Shown here: piece after piece, positions 48,351 to 58,995 of the stretch
Layout of the letters: every line of letters starts with the position of its first letter
How positions within the stretch are numbered: the first letter of the stretch is position 1
IMG/VR virus record: IMGVR_UViG_3300014613_000025
Coordinates: 1 to 64,000 of that record
Length of the DNA stretch: 64,000 bases
DNA from: a virus
Taxonomy: Duplodnaviria; Caudoviricetes
Strand: one strand, 5' to 3'
Made by a program: the position numbers and the translations under genes
The notes under the pieces: model-generated
Told to the model about the DNA's origin: nothing
Databases searched by the model: none
The model's input: the letters and a program-made list of their open reading frames with translations, nothing else

Positions 48351-50234
48351 ATGCGACAAGTATCAGTGCTGGGTGGAGGTGAGATTGCACCGGAGATGAT
48401 TGCGGTATTGCAACCCGCGACGGTGTCAGTCATGGAAGCGGCAATGCCCGCTAACGTGGGGCCACGCTCGCGCGCTATCCTTGAGTCAGTGGAGCCCATT
48501 GGGCACTTTGGCATCACTGGCAATGGTGCGTTTACGCTGGTCCACAGCGGTCAAACGTGGGACTCGTTCGACGCTGGCAAGGAAGAGTCGCTACGCAAGG
48601 AGATTGAACTAGGCCACCCGCTAGTCATCTTCGGATGCGGCGCAGGCAACCTGCTATTTCGCGTTCGCACTATCTGTCAATCTGTGCGCGACGGGGTTCC
48701 GCCAATCATCATCTACGAGCCAAACGCTGGCGTGCTCAAGGCGTTCCTGTCCGTGCGCTTCCCGCTCCAAGGTGTGAGTGTCTGTTGCGATATCGACGAC
48801 TTCCGCCACATGCTGCAAACGCTGTTGCAGGGTCAGTCATCGTTGACCATCTTTCATACTGGCGACTACGTGATGCCCGCTGAGATTGCGGAGCAACGAG
48901 GGCCAATCGCCGTCGCTAACCAAGAGGCTTACGCGCTGTTCTCCGATGTCGTGCGGCGCATCGTTGACGCTGAGCAAGTGACCATGAACACCATCGCAGC
49001 GCGAATGGGCGAGTGGATTCGCAACGTGGCAGAGAACCTCGACGCATGCGCGGGACAAGTGCCAGCCATGTCGTTGGCGGGTGCGTTCGTTGGTGCGCCC
49101 GCGTTCATCGTCGGGGCAGGGCCATCGCTGGACCGTAACGGGCCTTTGCTGGCGTCGTGTTACGAGAAGGGGCTGGTCATCACCGTGGACGTTGCGGCGC
49201 GAGCGTTCGTCAAGCACAACGCGCAACCGCACCTATTCCTGGCGGTCGAAGGGCGCGACTTGTCAGAACACCTCGAAGGCGTCGAGTGGATTGACACTGT
49301 CCCGCGAGCGTTCTCGCTAGAGGCTAGTCCTGCGGTGTTGAAGATCGGCAATGGCCCACTGTTGCCTTGGGCGGATAGCAACTTTTCGTTCAACGCCGTC
49401 AACCACCAACTGCTAGGTTCCGAGGGATTGCCGATTGGTGGCAGTGTCACAACCGCTGCGTTCTTGTTTGCCGAAGCGTTCGGATGCAACCCCATTATCC
49501 TTGTGGGCCAAGACCTGGCAAACACTGGCGGCAAGCGTGCGGCGGATGGCGTGCTAGCTGACAAGTTGCATGCACTCGAAGAGCATGGCGAGGTTGCCGC
49601 ATGGGGCGACCCTGCAACGAAGATTCCCGATACGCCGCAGTGGTTGCACGCGCGTGTTTGGTTCGAGCAACGCGCTGCTAGGTTGGCAAAGGACAAGCCG
49701 CATATCAGGCTCATCAACTGCACCGAAGGTGGGTCACACGTTGACGGGTTCGAGGACTTGCCGCTTGCGGATGTCATCGAGGAAATGCAAAGCGTTAGCA
49801 TCGACATCAAGGGTGCGTTGAATGACGTTCAACCCGTGTGGAAAGACGGTATCGACTGGTTCCGCGATAAGCAAGTAGAGAAACTGCAACCCATTGCAGA
49901 CGCGGCATTCGCGACGGTTGCCGCCTGCGAGGCAGTAGCGTCAATGATTCGCACAGACAAGGATGCGGACGTGTCTGAACTGATGGCGACCCGGACCGAA
50001 AATGAGAACGCGTTTAGGGTGTTGGCCGCGCCCCACGAGATGTTCACCGGCTGGACCCAAGCACTCATCATCAACCTACAGGACATTCGCAAACAGTCGA
50101 CTAAGCACGAGATGGTTGGCGAGGATGCCGCCGCGTTCTTTGACACTGAGGCAGGCATCTTCCGCGCGATGGGTGATGCTGCGGTTGAACTTCGCAACGT
50201 GCTCACACGTCAAACGGAGAAGGCCAATGCGTGA
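48351..50234 (+). CDS. Maf/DUF115 (MptE-like) family putative nonulosonate glycosyltransferase
   Basis: AFIVGAGPSLDRN, ITVDVA, GGSVTTAA, IILVGQDLA, INCTEGG; C-terminal helical region. Confidence 0.82.
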   Translation: MRQVSVLGGGEIAPEMIAVLQPATVSVMEAAMPANVGPRSRAILESVEPIGHFGITGNGAFTLVHSGQTWDSFDAGKEESLRKEIELGHPLVIFGCGAGNLLFRVRTICQSVRDGVPPIIIYEPNAGVLKAFLSVRFPLQGVSVCCDIDDFRHMLQTLLQGQSSLTIFHTGDYVMPAEIAEQRGPIAVANQEAYALFSDVVRRIVDAEQVTMNTIAARMGEWIRNVAENLDACAGQVPAMSLAGAFVGAPAFIVGAGPSLDRNGPLLASCYEKGLVITVDVAARAFVKHNAQPHLFLAVEGRDLSEHLEGVEWIDTVPRAFSLEASPAVLKIGNGPLLPWADSNFSFNAVNHQLLGSEGLPIGGSVTTAAFLFAEAFGCNPIILVGQDLANTGGKRAADGVLADKLHALEEHGEVAAWGDPATKIPDTPQWLHARVWFEQRAARLAKDKPHIRLINCTEGGSHVDGFEDLPLADVIEEMQSVSIDIKGALNDVQPVWKDGIDWFRDKQVEKLQPIADAAFATVAACEAVASMIRTDKDADVSELMATRTENENAFRVLAAPHEMFTGWTQALIINLQDIRKQSTKHEMVGEDAAAFFDTEAGIFRAMGDAAVELRNVLTRQTEKANA

Positions 50235-52560
50235 CAAGACTCGCAATGCTGTGCTCGAACCTGACCGCATGCTAACCCCTGCGCTGTGGTGTGCCATTGC
50301 CGCGAGCGATGGCGTGAGCGATGAGGTTATCAGTCACTACGCGGCCATCATGATCGAGTCTTGGTTGGGCCGGTGGATGTGATGAGGGTGGATACCATGC
50401 AAGGGCCAACCGTTGGAATGCAAGAGGTCATCGACAACATGATAGCGCGCATGTTGTTGATGAATCACACTGACCCGCAGGTGAGGGTGTGGACAGACAA
50501 CGAGCGGCCTAACCCTTGGCGCGTAGCGATGGTTACTGGCCGGGACTTCATGCGAGGCGGGTCCGCTGGATTCGACGGCACAGCGCTTGACCTGGCACTA
50601 GCACTGGTGGTGTTGTTGGGGAGTCTGTCAGACGTCCCGCTTGACGGAGTCATCCAAGAAGTGCCGAGGCGCAATTGATAATCTTGCCCGACAATGGCAC
50701 TGCCACGCTGTGCGAACTATGCCACAAGCAAGAGGCGATGCAGTACGCGCATGACATGCCCCCGTGGATGCCTAACGCCACGGGTTGGATATGCTACGAG
50801 TGCTCGGAGATAGACTTTAGGCCAAACCCTCGATGCGAGTGTTGCGGCTGTGAGAACGAGGCCGACACGTTCGAGCCAGACCCGTACACAACCGAGGTGT
50901 ATGGGCCAAAACCTGGCGAGCAAGAGTGGCAGTGCAATGACTGTTGCGGCCACAGACTGGACGACATCTGAATGATCTCACCCGACAACGAGTCAGACTT
51001 GCGCTGGTACTTCAGCGAAGCGCGCGGGGCATGCGGCGTCAAGTCGCCACTCGGCGCGCAGTTGGACATCATGCGTACCGGTACGATGCGCGGCAAGCAC
51101 GAGCGCGTAGTGGTGGCCGACATCAACGAGCGCACCTTGATGGCCGCTGAGCGCGCTAACCGTATTGGCAAGCGCTTACGCAAACTAGCACCCAACCACG
51201 TTCCGATACTGCGTCTGCAATACGACGCAGACGAGGCCGCCAATGGGTGCCAGGTTGGCGCGTCAAGGTTGCTCGATGGCGTACGGGTAGCGCTTATCGT
51301 GTCAACGCCCATCGCGTTGCGGTTGCATAACGCCATAGCGCGGACGTCATCGCGCAAGCATCCTGAGCAGTCGCCACCCACGCGGGTCATGTGGCTTGCG
51401 TGGCTCTGTCGCCGCGCCAAGGACAAGAAAGCGGAGCGTGAGGCTGAGACGCTAAGCGTGCTGTTGACGTCAGCACAAGGGCTCCTGAACGCGGCACATG
51501 CCGCTTACGAGGCAACGTAATGTCGTACTTATACGCCGCCCCAGGGTTGGGCTTTGACCCGTTCCGGGTAGAACCGTTCGACCCAAACATTACAATCTAC
51601 ACAACCATGACACAACCAATCCCAGCGACAAGGTTGGCGGCCGAGGCAATGGCAATGGTGACGTGTGCGCAGGCGGTTGCCGCGCTGTCGCCAGAGTCAC
51701 GTAAGCGCGTCGCCGAATGGTTGCTACGCGAGTGCGAGCGAGAACAGGAAGAGGTAACGTGATGTCGTATACGAACAAGGAAGTAAAAGAGAACGAGCGG
51801 CTATTGGATAGCAAGTGCAAGGTTCCGTCGTTTTCACTACCGATGCCGCGTGACGCAGACATCCAAGCAATCCTAGACGCTATCGAACGGTTGCGCAAAG
51901 ACGTCGACACGCTTACGGTTCAGGTCAATGACGTAAACAGTAGATGCGCGAGCATAGCGCGCACATTGCGAAGTGTTGGCTGGAAGGCATAGGAAGGCGC
52001 AACGTGAGAGACGACACTGTCACGCCATCGCAACTGCTAAAGGCCGACTGGTCCGCGCTTGTGCGCCTTGCCAAGTCGCTAGGGCTACGCGTGCGCGCTG
52101 GCCCAGAAGGCCACGACGAACGCAAGCGTGAGGCGTTGGTTGCCAAGATGTTGGATAGGATGATTGAACTTGAGGATAGTGATGCGAGGGCGCGAGAAGG
52201 ACTGAAGCACAAATGACTACGATTGAAGCCAAACACGCTACGTGTGAGGATGACGATGGCCCGATGTCGATTGCCTCGTGCGCAGCGCTTGATGGCGTTA
52301 GCACTGGTGCCGTTCGGTCGATGCTCGATGTCGTCGATGCGTTCGTTGACGCCGCGTCAATGACGGATTCGTTCGTGTGGGAATTGGGCATGCACGCTGA
52401 GCAGCATGCGGTGCCAATCGGGTTCACTGCGATATGCCCTCAGTGTGATATGTTCTTTGAGGTCAAGTTGGGCAATGTCGGCAGACCTAGGCGGTTCTGT
52501 TCTGACGAGTGCTGTTTCTGCTATAACCACTGCATGCAATTGCCAAAGGTTTACGCGTGA
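50227..52560 (+). CDS. run of hypothetical ORFs (approx. 50227-50382, 50382-50678, 50675-50971, 50972-51520, 51520-51762, 51759-51992, 52005-52216, 52213-52560)
   Basis: coupled starts/stops; no confident domain; some starts uncertain. Confidence 0.5.
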
Positions 52561-53897
52561 GTGACAATAACGCAAGCGTGGCGTTCTTGCTGTTCGAGAA
52601 ACCAAGACACAAGCAATCAAGCGCAGCATTCGACGATGGCAACAATATGGGAGTACATGTTGTGCGGGACGTGCTAGAGCGCGCCGGTGTCCGCGTTGGC
52701 TATTGCACGCCAGAGACGGCCAAGCACTTCCGCGTTGTGTTGGTATCATTCACATCTAAGCACGATGTGATTGAATTATATAGGCGAGTATCCAAGCGCG
52801 CTGATTGGCAACGGCCTCGCTCTTTCGTGGCGATAGGTGGCGGGTCTGGTATGCAGAACCCCGTTGCCATCCGCAACCTTTTAGACATGGCTGTGTTTGG
52901 TAGGAGTGAGGCGTTTGTCGCCGAACTTGTAGTGTCAACCCTTGATGCTAAACCGTTCGAGCACCCAAGCGTGATGCACTTGCCAGACGTGTCAGACGTT
53001 GAGATTGCGCAGGCACCATGTCTATACCCCAACAGGATAATCGGACCTGATAAGCGCCACATCGGCGGATGGTCAGAGGCGTCGATAGGGTGCAAAAACA
53101 AGTGCATGTTTTGCCACTATGCGTTTACGCGGAAGACGCTTGCTGGCAATTCGTGGAACGACTCAGGCAACACTGAGTCCACGCTGTTAGACCTTGTCAA
53201 TGCGGGAGCAACGCGATTACGTAGTAGTATCAAGGGCCAACTGGTAACGGCTCTTGATGGCACGTCTGAGCGCCTGCGTTGTCTATTCGGTAAACCCATC
53301 AAGGCCCACCACGTGACAGCGCTGATCGAACTACTAGCCGACGCAGGCGTGGGGCACATTGTGAAGCTATTCAACATTGGCAACTTCCCAACAGAATCCA
53401 AGTCTGACTGGGATGAATTGCGTGACTGCTGCCTAGCGGCCAATCCGCGCGCCCACGTTCGTATTGCCGTACAGACAACACCGTTCCAACCTGAGCCGTT
53501 GACACCCATGCAGTGGGAAGCGGTGCGCCTATTTCCCAACCTAAAGCGCATGGAACAAAGCCCCATCGCGCGCACTGGCAATGTTGAGGTGTTCCACGGT
53601 CGTTATGTTCAGGGGCCTATGCCTCAATTGTCTTCAGCACTTGTGGCGCGAGCCACGCCGCAGACTGACGCGGCGTTTGCTGCACTGTGCATGTCCTCAA
53701 AGTTGCGCGCGATGGGTTCGGAACAAGGCGTGCGAGCACTGTTGAAGTCGTTTGATTTGTCACCGGTAACGCGCGAGTATGAGATAGGCGAGCAGTTGCC
53801 AACGTGGTTCCTGCGTTCGTACACACCAACACACAAGATCGAGCGCATGGCGCAACGAATGAGGGCGAGGCCAGAATATGCCAATTCCAAAGGGTGA
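52557..53897 (+). CDS. radical SAM protein with B12-binding-like N-terminus
   Basis: GGGSGMQNP, ASIGCKNKCMFC (CxxxCxxC), ALDGTSERLR, TPFQPEPLTP. Confidence 0.82.
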   Translation: MSDNNASVAFLLFEKPRHKQSSAAFDDGNNMGVHVVRDVLERAGVRVGYCTPETAKHFRVVLVSFTSKHDVIELYRRVSKRADWQRPRSFVAIGGGSGMQNPVAIRNLLDMAVFGRSEAFVAELVVSTLDAKPFEHPSVMHLPDVSDVEIAQAPCLYPNRIIGPDKRHIGGWSEASIGCKNKCMFCHYAFTRKTLAGNSWNDSGNTESTLLDLVNAGATRLRSSIKGQLVTALDGTSERLRCLFGKPIKAHHVTALIELLADAGVGHIVKLFNIGNFPTESKSDWDELRDCCLAANPRAHVRIAVQTTPFQPEPLTPMQWEAVRLFPNLKRMEQSPIARTGNVEVFHGRYVQGPMPQLSSALVARATPQTDAAFAALCMSSKLRAMGSEQGVRALLKSFDLSPVTREYEIGEQLPTWFLRSYTPTHKIERMAQRMRARPEYANSKG

Positions 53898-54411
53898 CAT
53901 CGGTAAGCAATCAGCGGAAGCCGCAGCGGTTTGGGTTGACACCAAGTCGCTCAAACCATGGGTAAAGAACCCACGCAAGAACGACGCGGCAGTATTGCGC
54001 GTGGCCGACAGTATCAAGCGCTTTGGCTTCGGGTCTCCTATCCTAGCTCGCCGCGCTGACGGTGAGATCATTGCTGGGCATACTCGGCTCAAGGCGGCAT
54101 TGTCTCTTGGCATTGACAAGGTGCCAGTCAGGTATCTTGACCTAGACCCGGCTGACGCGCACTTGCTAGCGCTTGCCGACAACAAGTTGGGCGAGATTGC
54201 AGAGTGGGACAACGAACTAGTCGCCGAGATTCTAGCAGACTACAACACAGACGACACCGGCCTAGCCGGTTGGACGGACCGCGAAGTCTCTGAACTAACA
54301 GGGCTTGACGACGACTGCGACCTTGGAGACATCCCTGAGACTGGTAGTGATAAGGGTGAGCGCGACAACCTAATCACTTGTCCAAAGTGTGGATTGCAAT
54401 GGGCGAAGTGA
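53878..54411 (+). CDS. ParB/Srx N-terminal domain protein
   Basis: LKPWVKNPRKND...SIKRFGF..PIL...IIAGHTRLKAA...ADNK; C-terminal CPKCG. Confidence 0.88.
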   Translation: MPIPKGDIGKQSAEAAAVWVDTKSLKPWVKNPRKNDAAVLRVADSIKRFGFGSPILARRADGEIIAGHTRLKAALSLGIDKVPVRYLDLDPADAHLLALADNKLGEIAEWDNELVAEILADYNTDDTGLAGWTDREVSELTGLDDDCDLGDIPETGSDKGERDNLITCPKCGLQWAK

Positions 54412-54614
54412 CACCACAATAAGAGACGGCGCGCAATGCCGCGCCGCGTTGTAGAAATCAATCCCAGTTATGAGGGACGTAGTGTAACCACACTGGGCGA
54501 GTGTGAGTGTCAATGGCGCATCGTGATCGGTTGTCGAGTCGTGCGCCCACACGCGCAGCCTCGCCCCTCCTGCCGTGCCTCCCTCCGGTTCGACAACCGT
54601 TCACGGTGTGTAAA

Positions 54615-54751
54615 ACGTTGTGCGGAACGATAACCGCAACACGGTGCACCCACGTTGTGCGGGACGATAACCGCAACACGGTGCACCCACGTTGTGCGGG
54701 ACGATAACCGCAACACGGTGCACCCACGTTGTGCGGGACGATAACCGCAAC
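54615..54751 (+). repeat. 37-bp tandem repeat, 3.7 copies
   Basis: ACGTTGTGCGG(G/A)ACGATAACCGCAACACGGTGCACCC at 54615, 54652, 54689, partial at 54726. Confidence 0.95.
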
Positions 54752-54857
54752 CGTCGATGCCAGGTCGCCCCAGATCGCGTCGATGCCAGGCCGACGCTTG
54801 ACCCACAAGGCCACTAATCCGGTGGGAGCCTGGCGCTACCTATCACGATGAGACAGC

Positions 54858-55283
54858 ATGCCACCGCGCACTAACAAGAATTCACCACGACGCCTAGACG
54901 CTGACGAGAAAGCACGTCACGCACTATCGCTTAGGCGCGCTGGTTTGGACTTCGACGCCATCGCGCAACAGGTTGGTTATGCCAACCGTTCCGGCGCGTG
55001 GAAGGCTGTTGTGCGATTGGTCGAGTCTCGTGCTGCGGAGTCTGTGAAGGACGCCGATGTCATCATTGCCATGGAGGTTGAGCGCTTGGACGCGATGCTC
55101 ATGGCGGTGTGGGCTAAGGCAAAGAAGGGCGACGTTGCCGCAGTCGACCGCGTATTGAAGATCCAAGAGCGCAGAGCTAAGTTGTTGGGCCTTGACGCTC
55201 CGACTAAGACCGCTAGTGAACTGAGCGGAAACGTTAGTGTGACCTCGCCTGTCATCATGATTCCGCCGGAATCGGATGAGTAG
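54858..55283 (+). CDS. terminase small subunit (HTH)
   Basis: ALSLRRAG.DF.AIA..VGY; ERLD...DRVLKIQERRAKLLGLDAP; directly before TerL. Confidence 0.85.
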   Translation: MPPRTNKNSPRRLDADEKARHALSLRRAGLDFDAIAQQVGYANRSGAWKAVVRLVESRAAESVKDADVIIAMEVERLDAMLMAVWAKAKKGDVAAVDRVLKIQERRAKLLGLDAPTKTASELSGNVSVTSPVIMIPPESDE

Positions 55284-55285
55284 GA

Positions 55286-56668
55286 GTGCCGCATCCTGAA
55301 GACTGGCGGCCTAACCCAGGGCCGCAAACACGCTTCCTCTCACTGACGTGTAGAGAAGCGCTATACGGCGGAAGCGCTGGTGGTGGCAAGTCGGCAGCGC
55401 TCTTGGTCGACGCCATCCGATACGTTGGCAAGGGATACGGCCCGGCCTACAAGGCACTGCTACTTAGGCGCACGTACCCTGAACTTGAGCGCTCGCTTAT
55501 TCAGGAGTCGCGGCTTCTGTACCCTCGCCTTGGTGGGCGGTACAATGGCACACTGCATGTCTGGACATTCCCGCAAGGCGAGACTGTGTGGATGTCGCAT
55601 CTCCAACAAGAGAGCGACGTTGCGGCGCATCAGTCTGCTGAGTATCAGTTCGTTGGATTCGATGAGGTTACGCACTTCACCGAAAAGCAGTATCTGTATC
55701 TAGGGTTCTCGCGCATGCGTTCGTCGCATGGCATACCGCTGCGGTTGCGAGCCGGGACGAACCCTGGCGGCGACGGTCATGATTGGGTGTTTCGCAGGTT
55801 CGGCGCATGGCTTGACCCAGAGTCGAAGACCACGGCGGAACCTGGTCAGGTCTTGTACGTTAGGAACGTAGAAGGCAAAGACGAATACGTGCCACGCGGG
55901 ACGCCTGAGTCGTTTGGTCGGTGCTTCGTACCTGCCAGGGTGACAGACAATCCGCGCATCAGTCCAGACTACGCCGCTGGGTTGAGCATGCTTGACCCCG
56001 TCACTCGCGCGCAATTGCGCGATGGCGACTGGCTCATAAGGCCAGGTCGTGGGCTGTTCTTCAAGCGCGACATGTTCGAGACTGTCGGCCATGCGCCAGA
56101 GAGTCAACAGCGCATACGATACTGGGACCGCGCAGGGACTGGTGAGACGGAAGCCTTCAAGCGCAAGTCTGACCCTGACTTCACAGCCGGGCTGTTGATG
56201 TGCAAGGTTGGTTCTATCTACTACGTTGAAGACGTGGACCACTTTCGCGGGTCGCCTGGCGAGGTCAAGGCGCGCATCGTTTCGGTTGCTCGCACCGATG
56301 GCAAGTCAGTACAGGTTGGGTTAGAGCAAGACCCTGGTTCTGCTGGCAAGTTCGAGATTGCTGAATACGTCACAGCACTAGACGGATTCAACGTTAGAGC
56401 GTACCCGGCACGACAAGACAAGGTCACACGCGCGAAGCCGGTTAGTGCGCAGTCTGACCAGCACAGAGTGAAGTTGGTGCGCGGTTCGTGGAACAACGAA
56501 TTCTTGCGCGAACTAGAAGCCTTCCCAGAGGGTGGGCACGATGACATGGTTGACGCCTTCAGTGGAGCGCACAACGCGCTTGCTGTGGAGGTATTGCCGT
56601 CGTCAGTGACGAGGTTGCGGGCGACACCGCAGCGCGACACAATCTTTGGCGACGCTGGCGGCTGGTAA
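55286..56668 (+). CDS. terminase large subunit
   Basis: YGGSAGGGKS, VGFDEVT, GTNPGG, YWDRA, EQDPGSAG, HDDMVDA. Confidence 0.95.
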   Translation: MPHPEDWRPNPGPQTRFLSLTCREALYGGSAGGGKSAALLVDAIRYVGKGYGPAYKALLLRRTYPELERSLIQESRLLYPRLGGRYNGTLHVWTFPQGETVWMSHLQQESDVAAHQSAEYQFVGFDEVTHFTEKQYLYLGFSRMRSSHGIPLRLRAGTNPGGDGHDWVFRRFGAWLDPESKTTAEPGQVLYVRNVEGKDEYVPRGTPESFGRCFVPARVTDNPRISPDYAAGLSMLDPVTRAQLRDGDWLIRPGRGLFFKRDMFETVGHAPESQQRIRYWDRAGTGETEAFKRKSDPDFTAGLLMCKVGSIYYVEDVDHFRGSPGEVKARIVSVARTDGKSVQVGLEQDPGSAGKFEIAEYVTALDGFNVRAYPARQDKVTRAKPVSAQSDQHRVKLVRGSWNNEFLRELEAFPEGGHDDMVDAFSGAHNALAVEVLPSSVTRLRATPQRDTIFGDAGGW

Positions 56669-56684
56669 CTACTAACACACAAGC

Positions 56685-58091
56685 ATGGCAAAACCACTCA
56701 CATCGACGCAGCCAATAGCGGACTGGACGCTATACGATAAGGCTGCTGCGCATTGGGGCGCCGCCATGACCATTGGCGTAGTCACCTCGATGATGCGCCA
56801 GTGTGAACTAGGTCAACGCGACCTGTGGTGTGACCTGCTTAGCGAATTGCTCGAAGGCGACCCGCACGCGCACAGCGTGTTGAAGAAGTGTTACTCGTCA
56901 ATCTCCAACCATCGATGGGAGCTAATCCCGCCACGGTTCGAGGACGAGGGCGAGCAATACAAGGCCGACATCGTAGCGCGCGAGACCACTGAGATTATCG
57001 CGAAGATTCCTAACTGGAAGTCTCGCATATACCAGTTGCTTTGGGGCCATTTCACTGGTGCTTCCGCGCATGAGGTCATGTGGCGGTTCAACGGCAAGTG
57101 GTCAATCCGCGAACTGCGCCACGTGCCGTCGCGCCGGTTGGGGTTCGACGACAGTTTTGAACTGTACTTGACGGATGGCAGTTACTCCACAACAGGCATT
57201 CCGTTAGGGTCTCTGCCTGGCAAGTTTCTGGCCTACGTCCCGTGTGTGACCGGAGAGGTTCCTACGCGTGAGGGACTTGGCAGAATCCTCGCTTACTGGC
57301 TTGGGTTTGGCCGTTGGGCGACTCGCGACTTTCTCACGTACGTTGAGCGCTTTGGCAAGCCGTTGCCGCTCGCTGTGATGAAGACAGGTCGAGTCACTTC
57401 CGATGAAACGGATAAGACCTTAGCCAATTCGTTGGTGCAGAATATCGGTCGCGGTACGCAGTTCGGTGCTGTTGTTCCTGACACGATTGACCTGCAATTC
57501 CCAAGCACTGGCGGGTCTGGTGGCAACGGTGGTGCCAAGGTCACAGTACACGGCGACTTCCTTGACCGCAAGAACGCAGAGGTCAGCAAGGCAGTACTTG
57601 GCGGCACGCTCACGACCGAGGTTGGTTCGAGCGGTGGCAACCGTGCGCTAGGCGAGCGGCAGGGCGTCGACCAGCAAGAGATTATCGAGACCATTGCGTC
57701 GCAGTTGGACGAGGCCATCACGGCGGCTATCGTGGTGTGGTTGGTGCGTTTGAACTTCGGCGAGGACGCCGAGAAGTACACGCCACAATACCACACCATG
57801 GTCGAGACCGACGATGACCAGTTGGCCGCCGCTGAGGTGTTGAAGATTCTTGTCGACAGCAAGGTCAGGTTGCCAGCTAACGACGTCCGCGAGCGGTTCG
57901 GTTGGCGTGAGCCATCCGATGACGAAGAGGTCGTTGGCGGCCCCATGGCGGCCCCGCAATCGGCAACGCCAGCGACTCCGCCAGACGATGGCGAGGACGA
58001 TGGCGAGGACGATACTGAAGACGAACCCGATGCCACGCCACCGCGTGACACTGCTACTGAGGACGATACCCCGGACGACGGGGAGGAGTAA
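56685..58091 (+). CDS. portal protein, DUF935 (Mu gp29-like)
   Basis: YVERFGKPL, EVSKAVLGGTLTT...GNRALGE; follows TerL; acidic tail. Confidence 0.88.
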   Translation: MAKPLTSTQPIADWTLYDKAAAHWGAAMTIGVVTSMMRQCELGQRDLWCDLLSELLEGDPHAHSVLKKCYSSISNHRWELIPPRFEDEGEQYKADIVARETTEIIAKIPNWKSRIYQLLWGHFTGASAHEVMWRFNGKWSIRELRHVPSRRLGFDDSFELYLTDGSYSTTGIPLGSLPGKFLAYVPCVTGEVPTREGLGRILAYWLGFGRWATRDFLTYVERFGKPLPLAVMKTGRVTSDETDKTLANSLVQNIGRGTQFGAVVPDTIDLQFPSTGGSGGNGGAKVTVHGDFLDRKNAEVSKAVLGGTLTTEVGSSGGNRALGERQGVDQQEIIETIASQLDEAITAAIVVWLVRLNFGEDAEKYTPQYHTMVETDDDQLAAAEVLKILVDSKVRLPANDVRERFGWREPSDDEEVVGGPMAAPQSATPATPPDDGEDDGEDDTEDEPDATPPRDTATEDDTPDDGEE

Positions 58092-58097
58092 AGACCA

Positions 58098-58995
58098 ATG
58101 ACATACGGTGCAGTCCCGTCGTTTGGCAATATGCCGCAAGACGGCTTTCACAAGACGAACAATATCGCCAGTTGCGTTGAAGACCTTGGGTCTTTGGTGG
58201 GCTATGTTCCGGCCTCTGGTTCCACGCGAATCCCGCCCGCTGGCGGCACTACCACGCTGGCACTTGCGGACGGTTGCCTGCGAACCATCTCGACGGTAGC
58301 GATTGCCACTGGCATGACGCTCGCCATTCAGACCACTGGCGCAGTGCAAGGACAGCGCTTCGTGATTGCGAAGATCTCCACTGCCGGGACGGGCGCCGTT
58401 ACTATCGACCTCAAGGCGTCGACTACGAAGAAGAAGTTCAACGCCGAGTTGATGTTTGTCAACGGCGCATGGCGGCTAATCAGCCATTACGAATACGCGT
58501 GATGGCTATGGCTGAGACGTTCTGGGAGATCGTTGATGGCGAGTGTCGCAACTGCGACTCCTGTGGAAAGTCTCAGCCGATTGGTGCGACTGTCAAGTAT
58601 GTGGCAAACGGGAATCTAATCGAGTCCCTGACGTGCGCCGCATGCGAAGGCAATACCCCGTCATGGTCAGAACGTTTGGTGCCATACAGTGGGCACAAGG
58701 CATACTACCTGCTTGGACTTCTCAGAGATCTGCGGCCAGTGCTTGAATGCCCAGGCAAGCAGAATATCATGCAGACGAAACACGGCAGGGTATTGGAACT
58801 GCGTAGTATGGCCGACGAAATCGAACAAGACCTAACTGCCAACGGGTACCACCTATGACTGACAGAGAGGCCGAATTGACTGCGGAGGTTGAGGCACTGC
58901 GTGAACGAGTGGCGGCCCTTGAGGCACAGTTGCGCAATGCCAAGAACGCAGCGGCGCAGGTTGGTGGTCAAGCGTCCTGGTATCAGACTCGCTAA
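58098..58995 (+). CDS. three hypothetical ORFs (58098-58502, 58502-58858, 58855-58995)
   Basis: coupled; first is beta-rich and possibly structural; second has CxxC pairs. Confidence 0.55.

Noticed and set aside
54615-54751. 37-bp repeat as a CRISPR array
   Set aside because: Units are head-to-tail with no unique spacers.
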